A stretch of 64,000 nt of DNA, taken from Laetmonice hystrix (taxonomy: Eukaryota). Both the position numbers and the translations under genes were made by a program. The DNA is taken from the NCBI GenBank assembly GCA_965235115.1, contig OZ249445.1, positions 3,410,001 through 3,474,000 on the forward strand. Reading direction: 5' to 3'. This document shows, one piece after another, positions 37,179 through 49,885 of the stretch (its first letter is position 1; every line of letters begins with the position of its first letter). The notes under the pieces were generated by a model, which was given only the letters and a program-made list of their open reading frames with translations, was not told the origin of the DNA and ran no database searches.

Positions 37179-38031
37179 GGGACACGTGGGGACATACCAG
37201 TCTGAACGTACACGTCCACGATGACATTCTGATCAGGGGAAAAATGCGTAACTCTATTAGTATCATGGCAGCTGTTACCAACATCTCAGCTGGATACATT
37301 TTAACAAGACTCGCATATACCAAACTTGAAAATAGGTTTTGTATATGTTGGGAAAATACTACGAAAGGAAACGTATTAAATGTTAGTGACATGAATAAAA
37401 CTGTAGTGGAATGAAAAAAAGAGTTAAATTTCTTTAACCATGATGGGATTATTCTGTCATTCTTGGGCGAGGAAGAAACTCGCTTCAATTGAGTTAATGT
37501 GATTCCAGCTCATCTTAGTTTTTCTGAGGCCAAGCAGCTAGACGTATTGCTTGTCATTTTCTCTGTTGCAACTTTTGATGAAGGGACTTATGAGTTCATC
37601 CCGCTTCTGTAGCTTCAGTAGAGAAGATGTAGAAACAAATTACTCAAGGTCCAGATCTTCAATAATCAGCCTAGGAGAGTTAGCCTCCTGAGTAGCCTGA
37701 GGAGTAAGCAGAAGTGATTCCATCTGAGAAGATCTATCCCAGCATTATGTTCGTTCTGACCACCAATAACAAGGCCGGCTCAAGTCGCTGATGGAACACA
37801 GCGAAAGAAAGAGAAAATGGTTTTCACAGACCGCCGTCCCATTCCGCCGACACAGAGCCGACTTGCACGGAGAAAGAATAATCGGCCTTGATTGGCTCGG
37901 CCCTAATGGTGACCGCCGATTTATTTGACCTATGCCTGATTTGATTGCCAAGACAATCAGAACAAATGGCAAAAACAAATGCCGGATAATACAATGCTCA
38001 CAATTTGAACACAACCAAATTATGATATACT

Positions 38032-38299
38032 TAATTGGTTGTGATCCTAATTGTGCTCCCGAATTGACATTTGCCGAGCGCGGCGCGCTAAGACAAAAAC
38101 ACTGCAATCACTGTCACTGGTTTGTGTCGTCTTTAATTGCGTGCAGTACACAGTGGGCGAAACAAGCTTTTGAATCCTCATCTAACTCCGCATAATTGAT
38201 CGCGGGAGAGTGGCCGTGAGGAACGGACTGGCCGGGAGAATTGGCAGCGGATTAAATTTGGCGACTTAACACAATGACAGAAAGAAGAAAGAGCAATTA
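38032..38299. promoter_or_regulatory. Homotypic TAATTG homeodomain-site cluster (putative enhancer)
   Basis: TAATTG at 38032, 38048, 38134 and 38193, and CAATTA at 38294, with interspersed ACAAT and TGACA motifs. Confidence 0.4.
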
Positions 38300-39736
38300 G
38301 GGGGCCAAGTACTTGTCAATTTAAGTAGATTTACTTTGTACCGACGAGCAAGAATCAATGTGCAGGTCGCCAGGCGCTCTTGTCACAGGGTGGAGATAGG
38401 ATGGGACGGATTGTGTTAAGCAGTTCGGGGAGCGGTAATGGAGGGTTCAGCCGGCTGTGTAGTGTCACTGCCGTTACTTTTAATAAGGCACGTCAGGTAA
38501 AGTGCCTAATTTTTGTTGTCCCAGAATAGTCAGATCTTATCATCTCGGACTTGGAACAAACGAGGGTAGAGCAGCGGGGTCAGGTTTCTTCTATCAGGTG
38601 CGCTCCTCTCTCTCGGACTGGGTCGCCTTCTCGCATGTATCAGGCAAGGCATTCCTCGAGTCAGGTAAACGGATTTCCAGAAGGAATTGAACCTAGTTGA
38701 CAAAGATTGGAACTTTCAGTCTGTGTAACAAAATGTCGGGACTACACACCCGATGTCTGTACATTGAGGTTTCGGCTTGTATATTTATAATCAGATAAAA
38801 TAGTCTCTGCAATCTGAATCAGGAAACCTAAGACCAGAACATAAAACATGTAGTCCTGTACACGTAGTTGTTGGTGTACCCTTACACGTACCCGACAAGG
38901 GCAGCCCTTGTTCTTTGCTCACTCACGTTACAACTCTGAGGAGTAATGTGTTAAATCACAAGTCTCCAGGTAGACGAGAGATAACCTACACCTAGAGAAA
39001 ACAACAAACGTATGGTTTCAATCACAGAATTATAGTCTGTCTGACGGCCTTGATTATAATATTAATAGACTTCATACAGAATGGTTCAAGGGGGGGGAGG
39101 CGCAGTAGCGTCGCAGCGACCTGAGAGGTTGCTTGCCTTGACGTTTGACCCTAATTGGTTGGTTAATGACCTAAATTTGACCGAAGGTTAGCCCCTCGAG
39201 CACAGCTGACACGTGACTGGGTTTTATGGTGAAGGAGACATGGTCAGGTACTGACCAATGGACAGGAGGAGGGGGCTGGGGGGGGGGCGGGGCCGACAGA
39301 TCTCAATTAAAGACATGTGACTTAGAAACCAGCGGAGACACGGCGGCTGTAGGTTCTCCGGGTAATGGACTACAGGGGCAGCCATATTTCCACATGTCTG
39401 GTTTTCTTTATGAAAATGTTCGCACATTTTCTCCTTCCATTCTGATGCTTTCAATAACCGCGCCTCAGTAGTCTCATGAGCATGTGGCATTTGTTTGAGA
39501 ATGATCGTGCCAAGGAAGACTGGCGCTGAGGTTTTGAAACACCAATGTTTTCATTTCCCTCATCTTTCTTTCATATTGATCATCCTGGACCACAAACAAT
39601 GAAGTTAAGGCTTGTTGCAAAGGGATTAAGCAGGCCTGAGGAGAGGTTTTCATAATCCTAATTAAGCAAATTAAATGTTGACATTGCGGAAGCTGTGTTT
39701 TCACGATCTGTTAGTGCTCCCCGTCCCTCCCCGTTA

Positions 39737-40052
39737 GGCTTGCCGTTGTATGACATCACGGCTTGCCGTTGTATGACACCACGGCTTGCCGTTGTATGAC
39801 ACCACGGCTTGCCGTTGTATGACACCACGGCTTGCCGTTGTATGACACCACGGCTTGCCGTTGTATGACATCGCGGCTTACCGTTGTATGACATCAGGCT
39901 TGCCGTTGTATGACATCACGGCTTGCCGTTGTATGACACCACGGCTTGCCGTTGTATGACACCACGGCTTGCCGTTGTATGACACCACGGCTTGCCGTTG
40001 TATGACACCACGGCTTGCCGTTGTATGACACCATGACACGGGTTGTATGACA
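39737..40052. repeat. 23-bp minisatellite, about 13 copies (GGCTTGCCGTTGTATGACACCAC)
   Basis: Period 23 (39737 to 39760); decays at the right end. Confidence 0.95.
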
Positions 40053-41226
40053 CGGGTTGTGATGGATGTTTCACTGATGTCTGGAGGCCACGGATGAGCT
40101 CGATACGAGAAGGAGGCTGTAAACTGACACCAAGTCTCGCCCAAGTCTCGCTCTAGTCTCGCGCAGGCCTCTGGGGACGATTAGAGCTCCAAGTTACCGA
40201 GGAGGCCAACTCTGCCGGAATGCCAAAGAGTAATTGCTCCTTTGTTGAGTTTTTGAACCCCGTTTTTAATGAGGGATTAATCTGCTGATCACGTGATGGT
40301 AAATCAGCTAGCGTGAATAATTTATTATGTGTGTTGTGATCCGATCGCTGATTCGGTGATTTGTTATTGGCAAATCGCCCCTTTGTGCAACAATGATTTT
40401 CAGGGGCCTAAGCCAAAGGGACCTATTTGTCCATATTGTTAGCCTTGTGTCCATGTATCAGATCGAGCCAACCACCATGTGCATACCGGAACCGAACGCG
40501 TTTTTCCAGCTCGAGCGTCAAGAAGAAACAGTTTGTTTAAAATAACTCCACCTTTGATGATGGCGCCGAGGTCTCTACCGGTCACCCAGGCAACCAATAA
40601 TTAAGTCATTTGTTCGCGTACGAGTGCAGAAAAGATTCTTTATCAGATAAGTCATGTATTATTTAACATCGGAATAAAGAATCGAGAAACATTGTTCATT
40701 TTAAGTTCTCTTGCCAAGCGTAGTTTGTTATTAATTGATTGAAGGTTTTACCAAGCGAGGAGAGGGAGAAACCCCCCTATGACTACTGGCGACGTTCTGA
40801 AGATAATTGTGTTGTAAGCTCAAACATCCTTTTGTTATCGAACGCTTCATCCAGGCGTTGCTCATTGATATCGAGTAAAGATTAAAATGCAGAGGTTCAC
40901 CGGAGTTAAGTGTTTGCAAATTGGACGATTCCCAAATGTCTATAACCTTTAGGAAATTGCACTATTACGGAGGTTAGAGTATAAAAAGGTGGTGCGGAGA
41001 GGGCCAAGTATGGATAGACAATGCAGACCCCTATTAAACTTACCGGCGACACGTGTTATTGTGTAGCAGTGATGATGTTAGCCAGAGGAGGGCAGGCTGA
41101 ATGGAGCGGGCGTTTAAATTCCCCCCAGGACGAATTAGAATGATTTCAGTTGTTGGGGAGGGCACAGAGACGCTGATAGTGGGGGCTGTGAGGTGACTGG
41201 GATTAAAGACCGCGCCGCTTCCAGCG

Positions 41227-41240
41227 CCACCAGGGGGCGC
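41227..41240 (+). promoter_or_regulatory. CTCF consensus motif (forward)
   Basis: CCACCAGGGGGCGC(TCT); a 17-bp exact inverted copy of 37162-37178. Confidence 0.65.
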
Positions 41241-43481
41241 TCTCACCAGACGCAGGCATTGACATGGGTGTGTGGTAAACTCGCCAACAAATGGGGGTTA
41301 TGCCACTGTCGCCACGCAGATAATGTACATGGATTATTGTAAGCCCACTGTGCAATAAAGACTACACAGCTATTTGCTGGATGTGCAAGGTTTAATTTAG
41401 TGGAAATGCTGCAGGCCCTACCAAGGGCCCGAGCTCTGGCGAAAAGGGGACTGTTGGCGGGCTCCAATCACCCGTTACACACTAGGGTCGTACATGTGTT
41501 TATATTAGGGCAAAATCGAGCCAATTTTTGTCTCGAAATGTGCTAACACGAACAAGAATGGCAAGAGCAAAGGTTTCAAATGTGCCAGGTTCACCTCTGT
41601 GGCGGGAGGTGTGGATGGAAGGAGTGTGCGCTGGCTGGAAACAGAGCAATCCTTCAGAATATTGCCTGTCTCTGGGTATTGCCTTGTATTGTTCTTAGAA
41701 GGTTATTAAAAACTGAGCTTCATGGTTGAGATGTGTGCAAACAGTGCGGCTGGATACCATTGTGGTGTGTGTGAGGAGACCATGGCCGTCTTTGGGGTCG
41801 ACACAGTTGACAAAGGGCCAATCTTAGCGGGGATTACGGCAGAGAGCCTTCGCTGACACGACGGGATTTATTGTCGGAGCCAGCCAGAACTTGTGAGGAC
41901 AGCTTTGTTCTGCGGAAATATAAAAAAATCCGAAGTAAAAGATTGCAGAACTCATGTCTTGGCTGCTTTTGTGTTGGTGAGTGAGAGCTGTAAGATGACG
42001 GCGGTTTGAATACAGCATGACGTCTTCAGTGGCGAGGTTCCTTGGAGGCTGCTTCAGGGCAACAAAGGTCTAAGATCAGAGGGGAATGGGTGGGTTGGGG
42101 GCCACAGGTTGGCGGGTAGAATTATCAGCATTGTTTCCTGGCCTGCCCTTTGCTGTGGGCTGAGTGTCGGGCCGCAGGGGCTCCAGCAATCGGCCTTTCT
42201 CTCCTGGCAATGGATACGATGACCTAGGAAGTCATTGAAGTGCCTATGAGGTTGCTGGCTGAGCAAGGAGATGGATATGTTTGAGATGCAGGAAGTCGGG
42301 TATCAGAAGGGCAGGGCAGGCGGCCGTGAGGAGGGCAGGGGGCGGTTACAGACACTCGACAAAGACGTCGGTCCCAACAGTCGGAGGTAGATAGTTGTGT
42401 CCGGATCCAAATGGCACCCTTCAGACAAAGCATCTATAAGAGCGATATGAAGAGTAATGTGGACGGCGGCTGGTCGGGAGCTTTGATCAGGGGCGCGTGG
42501 CCAGCTCCTACCTGATCATATTCATATATGTACACCATGGGGCCTTAGAGATACACGCGGGCGCCGGGGGAGGGCATGACGGGCCTTTGTTCTAATGAAT
42601 GGATCCTTACTTAATGTACATTGTAATGGCCTGATCCATTACATGAATACCATTCCCAGAAATCATTCCCTTGAATCTACCAGACCGACTGCTGATCGTC
42701 AAAACTTGTTATTCGGTAGCCAACATTTGCATTATGGCAAGCTGGTTGGGAGTAACTCAATATTGAGACATCGCGGGGTCCCAAGCACTAATGTGTGGAT
42801 CAATGTTCGGGACAGGCTGGCAGTGGTGAGCTACTGGCCACAGACAAGAACGGGTGGAGTGGGCTCCTTACAAGACCCTCCCTTCCTGGTCACAAGGCGA
42901 TGTGCTCTCTTCTCGTCAATATGGGACGGATTGGAAAAAAACCCGTCCATTTATGTCGGCCGCCAACACGGAAAGCCAAGCCCCTCAGCCGGAGAAGTGG
43001 TGCCACATTAATGACACCAAGTTCACAGATTGTGCCCCAAGGAGGCCAGCCTACACGTCAACTCTGGCTTCAGTTATTATACGGGATAATATTTTCCTAT
43101 TGGAGGCGACAGATGTGACGCATTGCAGGCGTTTGTGTCAGCTAATCTAACAGGTCAAGGGGGGCTTGAAATGGCACTGTAAGCAGCGCAAGATTTAGAT
43201 ATCTGTGTTCGGGGATGGAGTGGTTTGAAAAAGGGCAGATGTACGTGCTATCTGTGTGCTGGCCATCGGGGCACTCCTGTCCCTGCTTGTGACACAAGAC
43301 ACAACTTTCATCTCCAACTCATGCTCCTCTTATGTAACAAAAAAATTATTTATTTCGATCTTGTCTCCTTTAAATCAAGAGCCCTCACTCTGGAGAAGTT
43401 TTCAAGAGACCAGGGAATGAAGTTTATCTCTTGGAATTTAATAAAGGTGAGAGTTGGTGTGTTTGGGATGTGGAGTATGGT

Positions 43482-43650
43482 CAGGGTTTCCTGGAGATTT
43501 TCGACTTTTTTTTTTTTTGGGGGGGGGGATGGTGCGAGTTGGGGGGGGGAGAGTAATGCAAAATATTTCCCCTGGAAATTGTTTGGGGGGAGTAGCTGAA
43601 TAATGGGGGGGTGTCTCCCCCCCCAAAAAAAGGGCCTGCAGGAAACCCTG
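43482..43650. mobile_element. 169-bp MITE (non-autonomous DNA transposon) with 12-bp TIRs and a 5-bp TSD
   Basis: CAGGGTTTCCTG (43482-43493) and CAGGAAACCCTG (43639-43650) are perfect inverted repeats. ATGGT flanks both sides (43477-43481 and 43651-43655). Internal T-run/G-run and C-run/A-run extend the symmetry. Confidence 0.8.
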
Positions 43651-46371
43651 ATGGTGTTGAATGTGTTAGTGTTGTATGGTGTTTGGTTCCGTGTCGCTGG
43701 GTGTAGGGATGACGATAGAGTTGTCGATCAATAGCCTAGGTCTCCGACGGATAACCTCACATAATTGGACATCACTGGTGGGCCTGACCTGCCGTGTGCT
43801 GCAATAATAAAATCAAACACCCGCTGGGATGGAGGCGGTGGTGAGAATTCATATTTGTTTTATAGCTGAAGGGGCCATTGATGGGATTTACAAGGCCAGA
43901 AAAGGTCCCATAATTAGGGAATTTGGGAGCGGCACAAAACTGTAGAAATCCATAGTAGTTTTCTGCCTGTTGCACCGTGCCCCCCAGTGACTCGGTTGGT
44001 TGGGACCTGTGTGATTTTTCCTATGAAAGAATGACACGTGGCATCAATACAATTGTAATCTCAGCTGGGTGAATCAATAAGCCAGAAACCGGGCATTGAT
44101 TGGGTCTAATTGTCTCATCAACACACCGCTCAGCCGGGGAATAACCCTCTATGACATGTGGTCTCCAGTAACACCATGGCAAACAGGGAGGCAGATGTAG
44201 GAACAAGTGGGCAATGTATGTTTGCAGGGCATTGGTAGAGCAGGAGTGCTGCTTGCAGTAGTCAGTCTTACCAACGAGTATAGATTCTATACTCGTTGGT
44301 CTTACCAAGCAGGACTACTGCTGACATTATTGCATGTTTTGTGGATAAACTGCTGGCTTTAACCTTGGGTTGTTATTCCATGGCTATACATGTATATCCC
44401 GGCGTATAGAAAGTCTAATGAACAATGATATATGGCTAGACAGGACTGATGGACATCTACTGACGGTTGTATACCACCCATACCCACACCCCTGAACATA
44501 CGTCTTACACAGAGAACTAATTACTTAGTAACTGTGGCGTGCCGCTTGTAGGGGCTCTATACTGGCTCACATCACTTTGTGCAAGATAAAGAAACGTGTC
44601 CAATTGGTTTTGTAAATGGCCGTAATGCACACGTAAAACAAAATGTGCTTTTGTGGGCTGTGGGCCTCAGGAAGCAATAGACGGCGAGAGGCCTTTGATT
44701 CTCAGTGCTATAAACGTTAGATGGACTGGGAATTGTGTTCTAACAGGCACTGATACCGTGTGGAGGAAATGGTGCCGATCACGGTGCAAAAACACAGGCG
44801 GAGCATTTGTTACGGCAGCTTAATTGGCTGATTGTTGTGTGTCCATGTCACCATATACATGGGCTCGGGGGAAGGCCGACAGGCCAGCACTTCAAACGCA
44901 CCACATCACGTCACAATTAAGCTAAACTGAGTGAAAAGTAAAAGACATTATGGAGAATGAGAAAGGGAAGAGCGGAGTAATTAAGTAGAATACAAGTCTG
45001 CAGTAATGGACTGGCTTCAAAGGTGCATGAGGAATTGGCGAGGCCGCATTTTCAATTAGACTCCATTATCATTGATACCGTCATAGTGCGGCTGTATGAG
45101 AGAAAGCTGGTTGGTTGTGTGACCGGCCCAGGTATGGCATCAGGTGTGCCACAGGTGGCTACGACTTGTTACAGCCTGACCGTAACTCAGCAAGGCCAAC
45201 ATGGTCGTTGGTAAACAGATTATCAAAAACATGGTACATAATCCGTCTCGGAGGCTAATCCGTCTCGTTGTTGGTGAGGTGGGGATTAGCAGGATCGGTA
45301 CGGAGCTGAAGTAGGGAGTAATGAAGGTCGGCTTTCTCTGTCACAATGACCTGTACCAACCAATGTGGAGTGTTTGGGCACCAAGGGAGGGTGTAATCGT
45401 TCTGAGTTACCGAATGGTGGAGGAAGTGAAAGACTGATATAAACGGAACAGCAAGAACACATTGTGTCGAGTCCGGAAAAAAAAATGTTGGCTGTGGACC
45501 TGTAAGGGGCGGGGATTCCCAGGGGTACAGGGTGTCACCATTTGGACACAATTGGTCTAATGGTCCGCCCCCAGGACCTCATATAACGTCCGGACCTATT
45601 ACACCTGGTGTCCTGACGAATGAAACACGGAACCTGGTCTGACATCCGACTTTCTTGTAGTCGGCGGGATGTTAGGGAGGACACAGTGGCGAGTGGTTTT
45701 CACCCCACTGTGGAGGTGGTCCAGGCCGGAGTGCGGGCGGGTGGCGACAGTGATGGAGTTAGCCACGTGTTGTTTGCCACACACAATAATAACTCCCGCC
45801 GGGGAGCCACTGAAATGCCACAGTTGTCTCTGGCTGGCCGATTCGTTTTGTCTAACCGCTGATTGCGCCAGGCCTTACACCCACCTACACCGGGAGTGGG
45901 CCGCTGGTTTTTTTCTGTGAAGTTTTTGTCTTCCTTCCTTCTCCAGCACCTCAGTCTACATCTGACCTTTATTGTCAGTTAGGCGTCATTTCCGAGACGG
46001 TACGCGGCCACCTTTTCATATCAGTCTGACCTGACCATCGCCAGCGCCGGGGGGCTCCTTGGAGAGGGTTGTTTATCCTGACTGAGGTGATGACAAGTAT
46101 TTGGTAATTATTGGAACCAATTATTTCAGTGTGTGAGACTTACGGGCTGGTATACTGAACAGAAATCTCAGTATCCTGTCTGAATGTTTTCATGTAATAC
46201 AAAAACAAGCTCTACCCCGTGCGAGTCGTAATAATGGATTCATTTATCCTTGAAAACAAAGGGTATTGTAAATGTGATCGGGTCGGGTCAGGAAAAGTTT
46301 TCACTATTCAGCAACGATTGGAGGAACTGAGATAAGGTCATGGAATAAACGAAAGGTCAGGCAGGATCGGT

Positions 46372-46487
46372 TGGCAGACTGACTGGGTGGCTTGCTGGCA
46401 GACTGGCTGGCAGACTGGCTGGCAGACTGGCTGGCAGACTGGCTGGCAGACTGGCTGGCAGACTGGCTGGCAGACTGGCTGGCAGTC
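46372..46487. repeat. 12-bp repeat (TGGCTGGCAGAC)n, about 9 copies
   Basis: Direct inspection. Confidence 0.93.
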
Positions 46488-46643
46488 TGATGTAGCTAGC
46501 CGGGATCAGACATTGGTGGTGAAAAGGTGCATGATTTACCCCTGGCCTTGCGGCGATTGGAGGAGAGGGGGTATTGGATGGGGTCACTTTACCTGACTTG
46601 GCGTTATCAAGATCTACCAACAATCCCTATCGTAGCTCCCCGT

Positions 46644-46920
46644 CCACTCACAGCCCTCCCAACTCGTAGTTTCACCACTCACCGCCCTCCCAACTCGTAG
46701 TTTCACCACTCACAGCCCTCCCAACTCGTAGTTTCACCACTCACAGCCCTCCCAACTCGTAGTTTCACCACTCACAGCCCTCCCAACTCGTAGTTTCACC
46801 ACTTACCGCCCTCCCAACTCGTAGTTTCACCACTCACAGCCCTCCCAACTCGTAGTTTCACCACTCACAGCCCTCCCAACTCGTAGTTTCACCACTCACA
46901 GCCCTCCCAACTCGTAGTTT
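46644..46920. repeat. 31-bp minisatellite, about 9 copies (CCACTCACAGCCCTCCCAACTCGTAGTTTCA)
   Basis: Period 31 (46644 to 46675). Confidence 0.95.
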
Positions 46921-49871
46921 CGAGGCCATATTCACAAACTGTCAGGAGAATAGGGCAGTGTAATATGAAGACAGGAAGTTTAGTGTGGTATTTAGAGGGG
47001 CATGTTTTTGACATTATCATTAAATCATGTGGCTCTGTTTGCCCCTTTGTCTCTTATTGTCTCCCAAACTCACCCACCCCAGACCAACCCCACCCCACAC
47101 CACCACCCCCAGACCAACCCCCCCACCCCCAACACCAATTCCACCCTACGCCTGCCAACTTTTTGCTACGTTTCCGGTGTTAAGATGTAAAGGTAAAACA
47201 GGTGACTTAAACAGATGTGAGTTTTTGTTGTTGATGAAGAACATGGCTTATGAAATGTCAGCGAAGAACGGAAGTCATGGCAGTCATGCACGCTCCTGAA
47301 GGAGATTGTTTGCCATTTTATTAGAAAGACAACAACAGGGAGGGGGGATATTTCATATGTAGGTCACCCTTCTGGTTCAAACTCAGGCAGCCGCTTTGTG
47401 TTTGGATAAAAGGCTCTCCGGACAAAATAGAGAAATAAAAAAACAGAGATTGTGATTGGTGGAGTCTGTAATATTTCAATGAAGACCCGTCGCCATGCTG
47501 TTCCTGAGAACAGGATGACATGTTGGGAAGACAAAGCACTTCTTGACGCTGCTCCAGGTGGCAGAATTGTTGAGCCTTAGTTTGCAAAACTTTTATTATA
47601 TTGAGAATTTGTATTTGGTGCTTGTGGTTGAGGTTAGTAATAGAAAGGGTCTTGGTTTTGTTGGCCGTGGGGATGGGGGTGGGGATGCAGGGGGTAGGGT
47701 TATAGATGAAAGATTTTGACCAGTGGGCCAGGCCAGCCAGGCCTGTTGTTATGTTTACAGCGTGCAGCCCCATCTGGTGAGCAATGATGAATATGGTGGC
47801 GTCGATCCCAGAAAGCTGTGTGGTTATGCAGGTGGAAGTTGTTGCGGGCAAAGTGAGCACGCACAATAACCGGCACCGGGACACAATCCATCCACCACCG
47901 GCGCATTTCTTTGTAAGTGGCGCCATTCGAACCGGGCGTCGTTTGGTGATGGAGCCACTTATTTATATATGCCACATAATGGGGCAGCGAGGATCAGCCC
48001 CGCGCGGAGAAACACTTTTAATTCACGGACTTTGGGAGCGGGTCAGTGAAGCAGAGATGACTGTATGACCCTGAGTACGTATGGTTTGGTAGCCCTGCCA
48101 AGAAAGGGCTGGTCGGCCGGGTGGGTTGGAAGGGGGGGGGGGGGGGCACGGAGCTGCGGTTGGCTGAGAGGCCATATGCCTTTAGGAGAGGTCCATACAG
48201 ACATCCAATTCTGGGATTTAATCCGCCAGTTGTCAAAGCAAAACCGAGCGGCCAAGGTTAAGTAACATGTCGGGGGTTAGCGATGGGCAGGCGTGGCTTG
48301 CATCCTGTTGTCGAGCGCAGGAGGCCGAGGGCGAGGATGGCTTGGTCAGTCATGGAGACAGAACTGTGGAACAGGAGATGTCAGGAGTGAGGGCATTACG
48401 GGCCGGGCCGGGCGCCCCCCACCGCCTGGGCAGCGGGCGCAGGACGCCGGTGGGCACACGGCTCAATATGCCACAATACATCACATCCCCGGTCAATGAC
48501 TCCATGCACACATTAATGACCCCTTGTCCACAAATATAGAAGAGTGCATTGGGCTGCACACTATTGATGTACGACTGCCCGATCGAAGCGACTTGACCTT
48601 CGGCTGGGCAAAATAATGAAAAGCAGCCGTTGCCTATCCATACAAGTGTGCGCCTGGGAGCGGCTACTTGTCGCCGGGCGGGGGTCGGGGCTTGCCGTCA
48701 GCCGGGGTGCCGGGGGTAATCCACACGGCAGGCCGCCATGTCTCCCCACGGCCATTATGACCACACAATATTACCCTCTACACCCCAAACATCCATCCTC
48801 TTTCCCCTATCTACCCCTGCTGACCCATCTAAAGCACGTAGCCGTCCGAGTAGCGGGATGAAGGCAGCACTTAGGTTCATCTCGACCCCAAGTCGGTGTA
48901 TCTGTACCCTTACATCCCCCAACACCTGGCCATGATCCCCTATTACCCCCACCCCCGACCCGTCAGCTGACCATTCGGATCACCCCCACCCTGACCGCGG
49001 CCGGGGACAGAGGCCATGCCGCGGGGATCATCACTGAGTACCGTGATGATCCCCGTATCAGGACTGTGTGTGGGGCGCGCCCTGACCGTCACCGTGAAGG
49101 TCGGGCCGAGCAGGAGGAAGGAGAGAGTTAATCACCACCGGACGGTCGGCAACATTAACACCGCTCAGACAACTGTCCGACACAACATCCCATCCTCTCA
49201 ACCTCGCCACTTCTTGTCAAAGTCAGCAAAGCTTCTTAGAACAAAGACTAATTAAACAGGCAGGATGGGGTTGGGACATGGAGGGTGTGTCGGTCAATGA
49301 TTGGGTGTAAGGGGCCGGGCCTGAGCTTCAATAACAACGGCTTTCCTCCCCGCCCACCCGACCCAAGACGGATTGGCTAAATCATCTTTCAGGGAAACAA
49401 TCCCTGACAGGGGTCTTGCACCAAGGGAGATACATAATAATTTGTGGCTCATGTCGAGGGCAAAATCGGATAAAGTGCATTCATTTCCATAACGCATCTG
49501 ATGAAAGGGAGGGTCGGTGGTGAGTAGTGCAAGTGTACGAGGTGCCTGTGCCGGCTCAGCCGCCGCTCTAAGACCCGATGCCTTACACCAAAGCAGATCA
49601 CAGGGTCACATACTTTTCCAATTTGGAGGGGCAGGCACGGCACTGGCATTACGACAGAGCTGTAATTAAGGACCCGGCTTGCATATGTTGGGGTGAACAA
49701 AGGTGGAGAAAGAAGGCCGGCCACAACTGAACAATAGGCCTGGGGCGAGGGATTGTGGACTTAGGGGGAGGCAGTGTCGATGGAATTGGTGGAGACGAGG
49801 CCAAGGTTGACACTACTGCTGTGTTTGTTTGCCTTGAGAGCATCAGTGGTGTGGTAGGGTAAGCAGATCGT

Positions 49872-49885
49872 CCACCAGAGGGCGC
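49872..49885 (+). promoter_or_regulatory. CTCF consensus motif (forward)
   Basis: CCACCAGAGGGCGC, 14/14. Confidence 0.6.

Noticed and set aside
38598-38664. Pseudo-exon with acceptor and donor (67 nt); also acceptors at 35733 and 44227
   Set aside because: They are not frame-compatible or lack a matching strong donor. Such sites are expected by chance in 57 kb of intron.
45023-45214. ORF with SGVPQ (RT motif-like); also AVFVCLE near 49830
   Set aside because: These are single isolated motifs without the neighbouring RT motifs.
47321-47926. 201-aa minus-strand ORF (also 58410-58997, 49761-50312 and 52829-53311)
   Set aside because: No recognisable domain, low-complexity composition and no splice framework.
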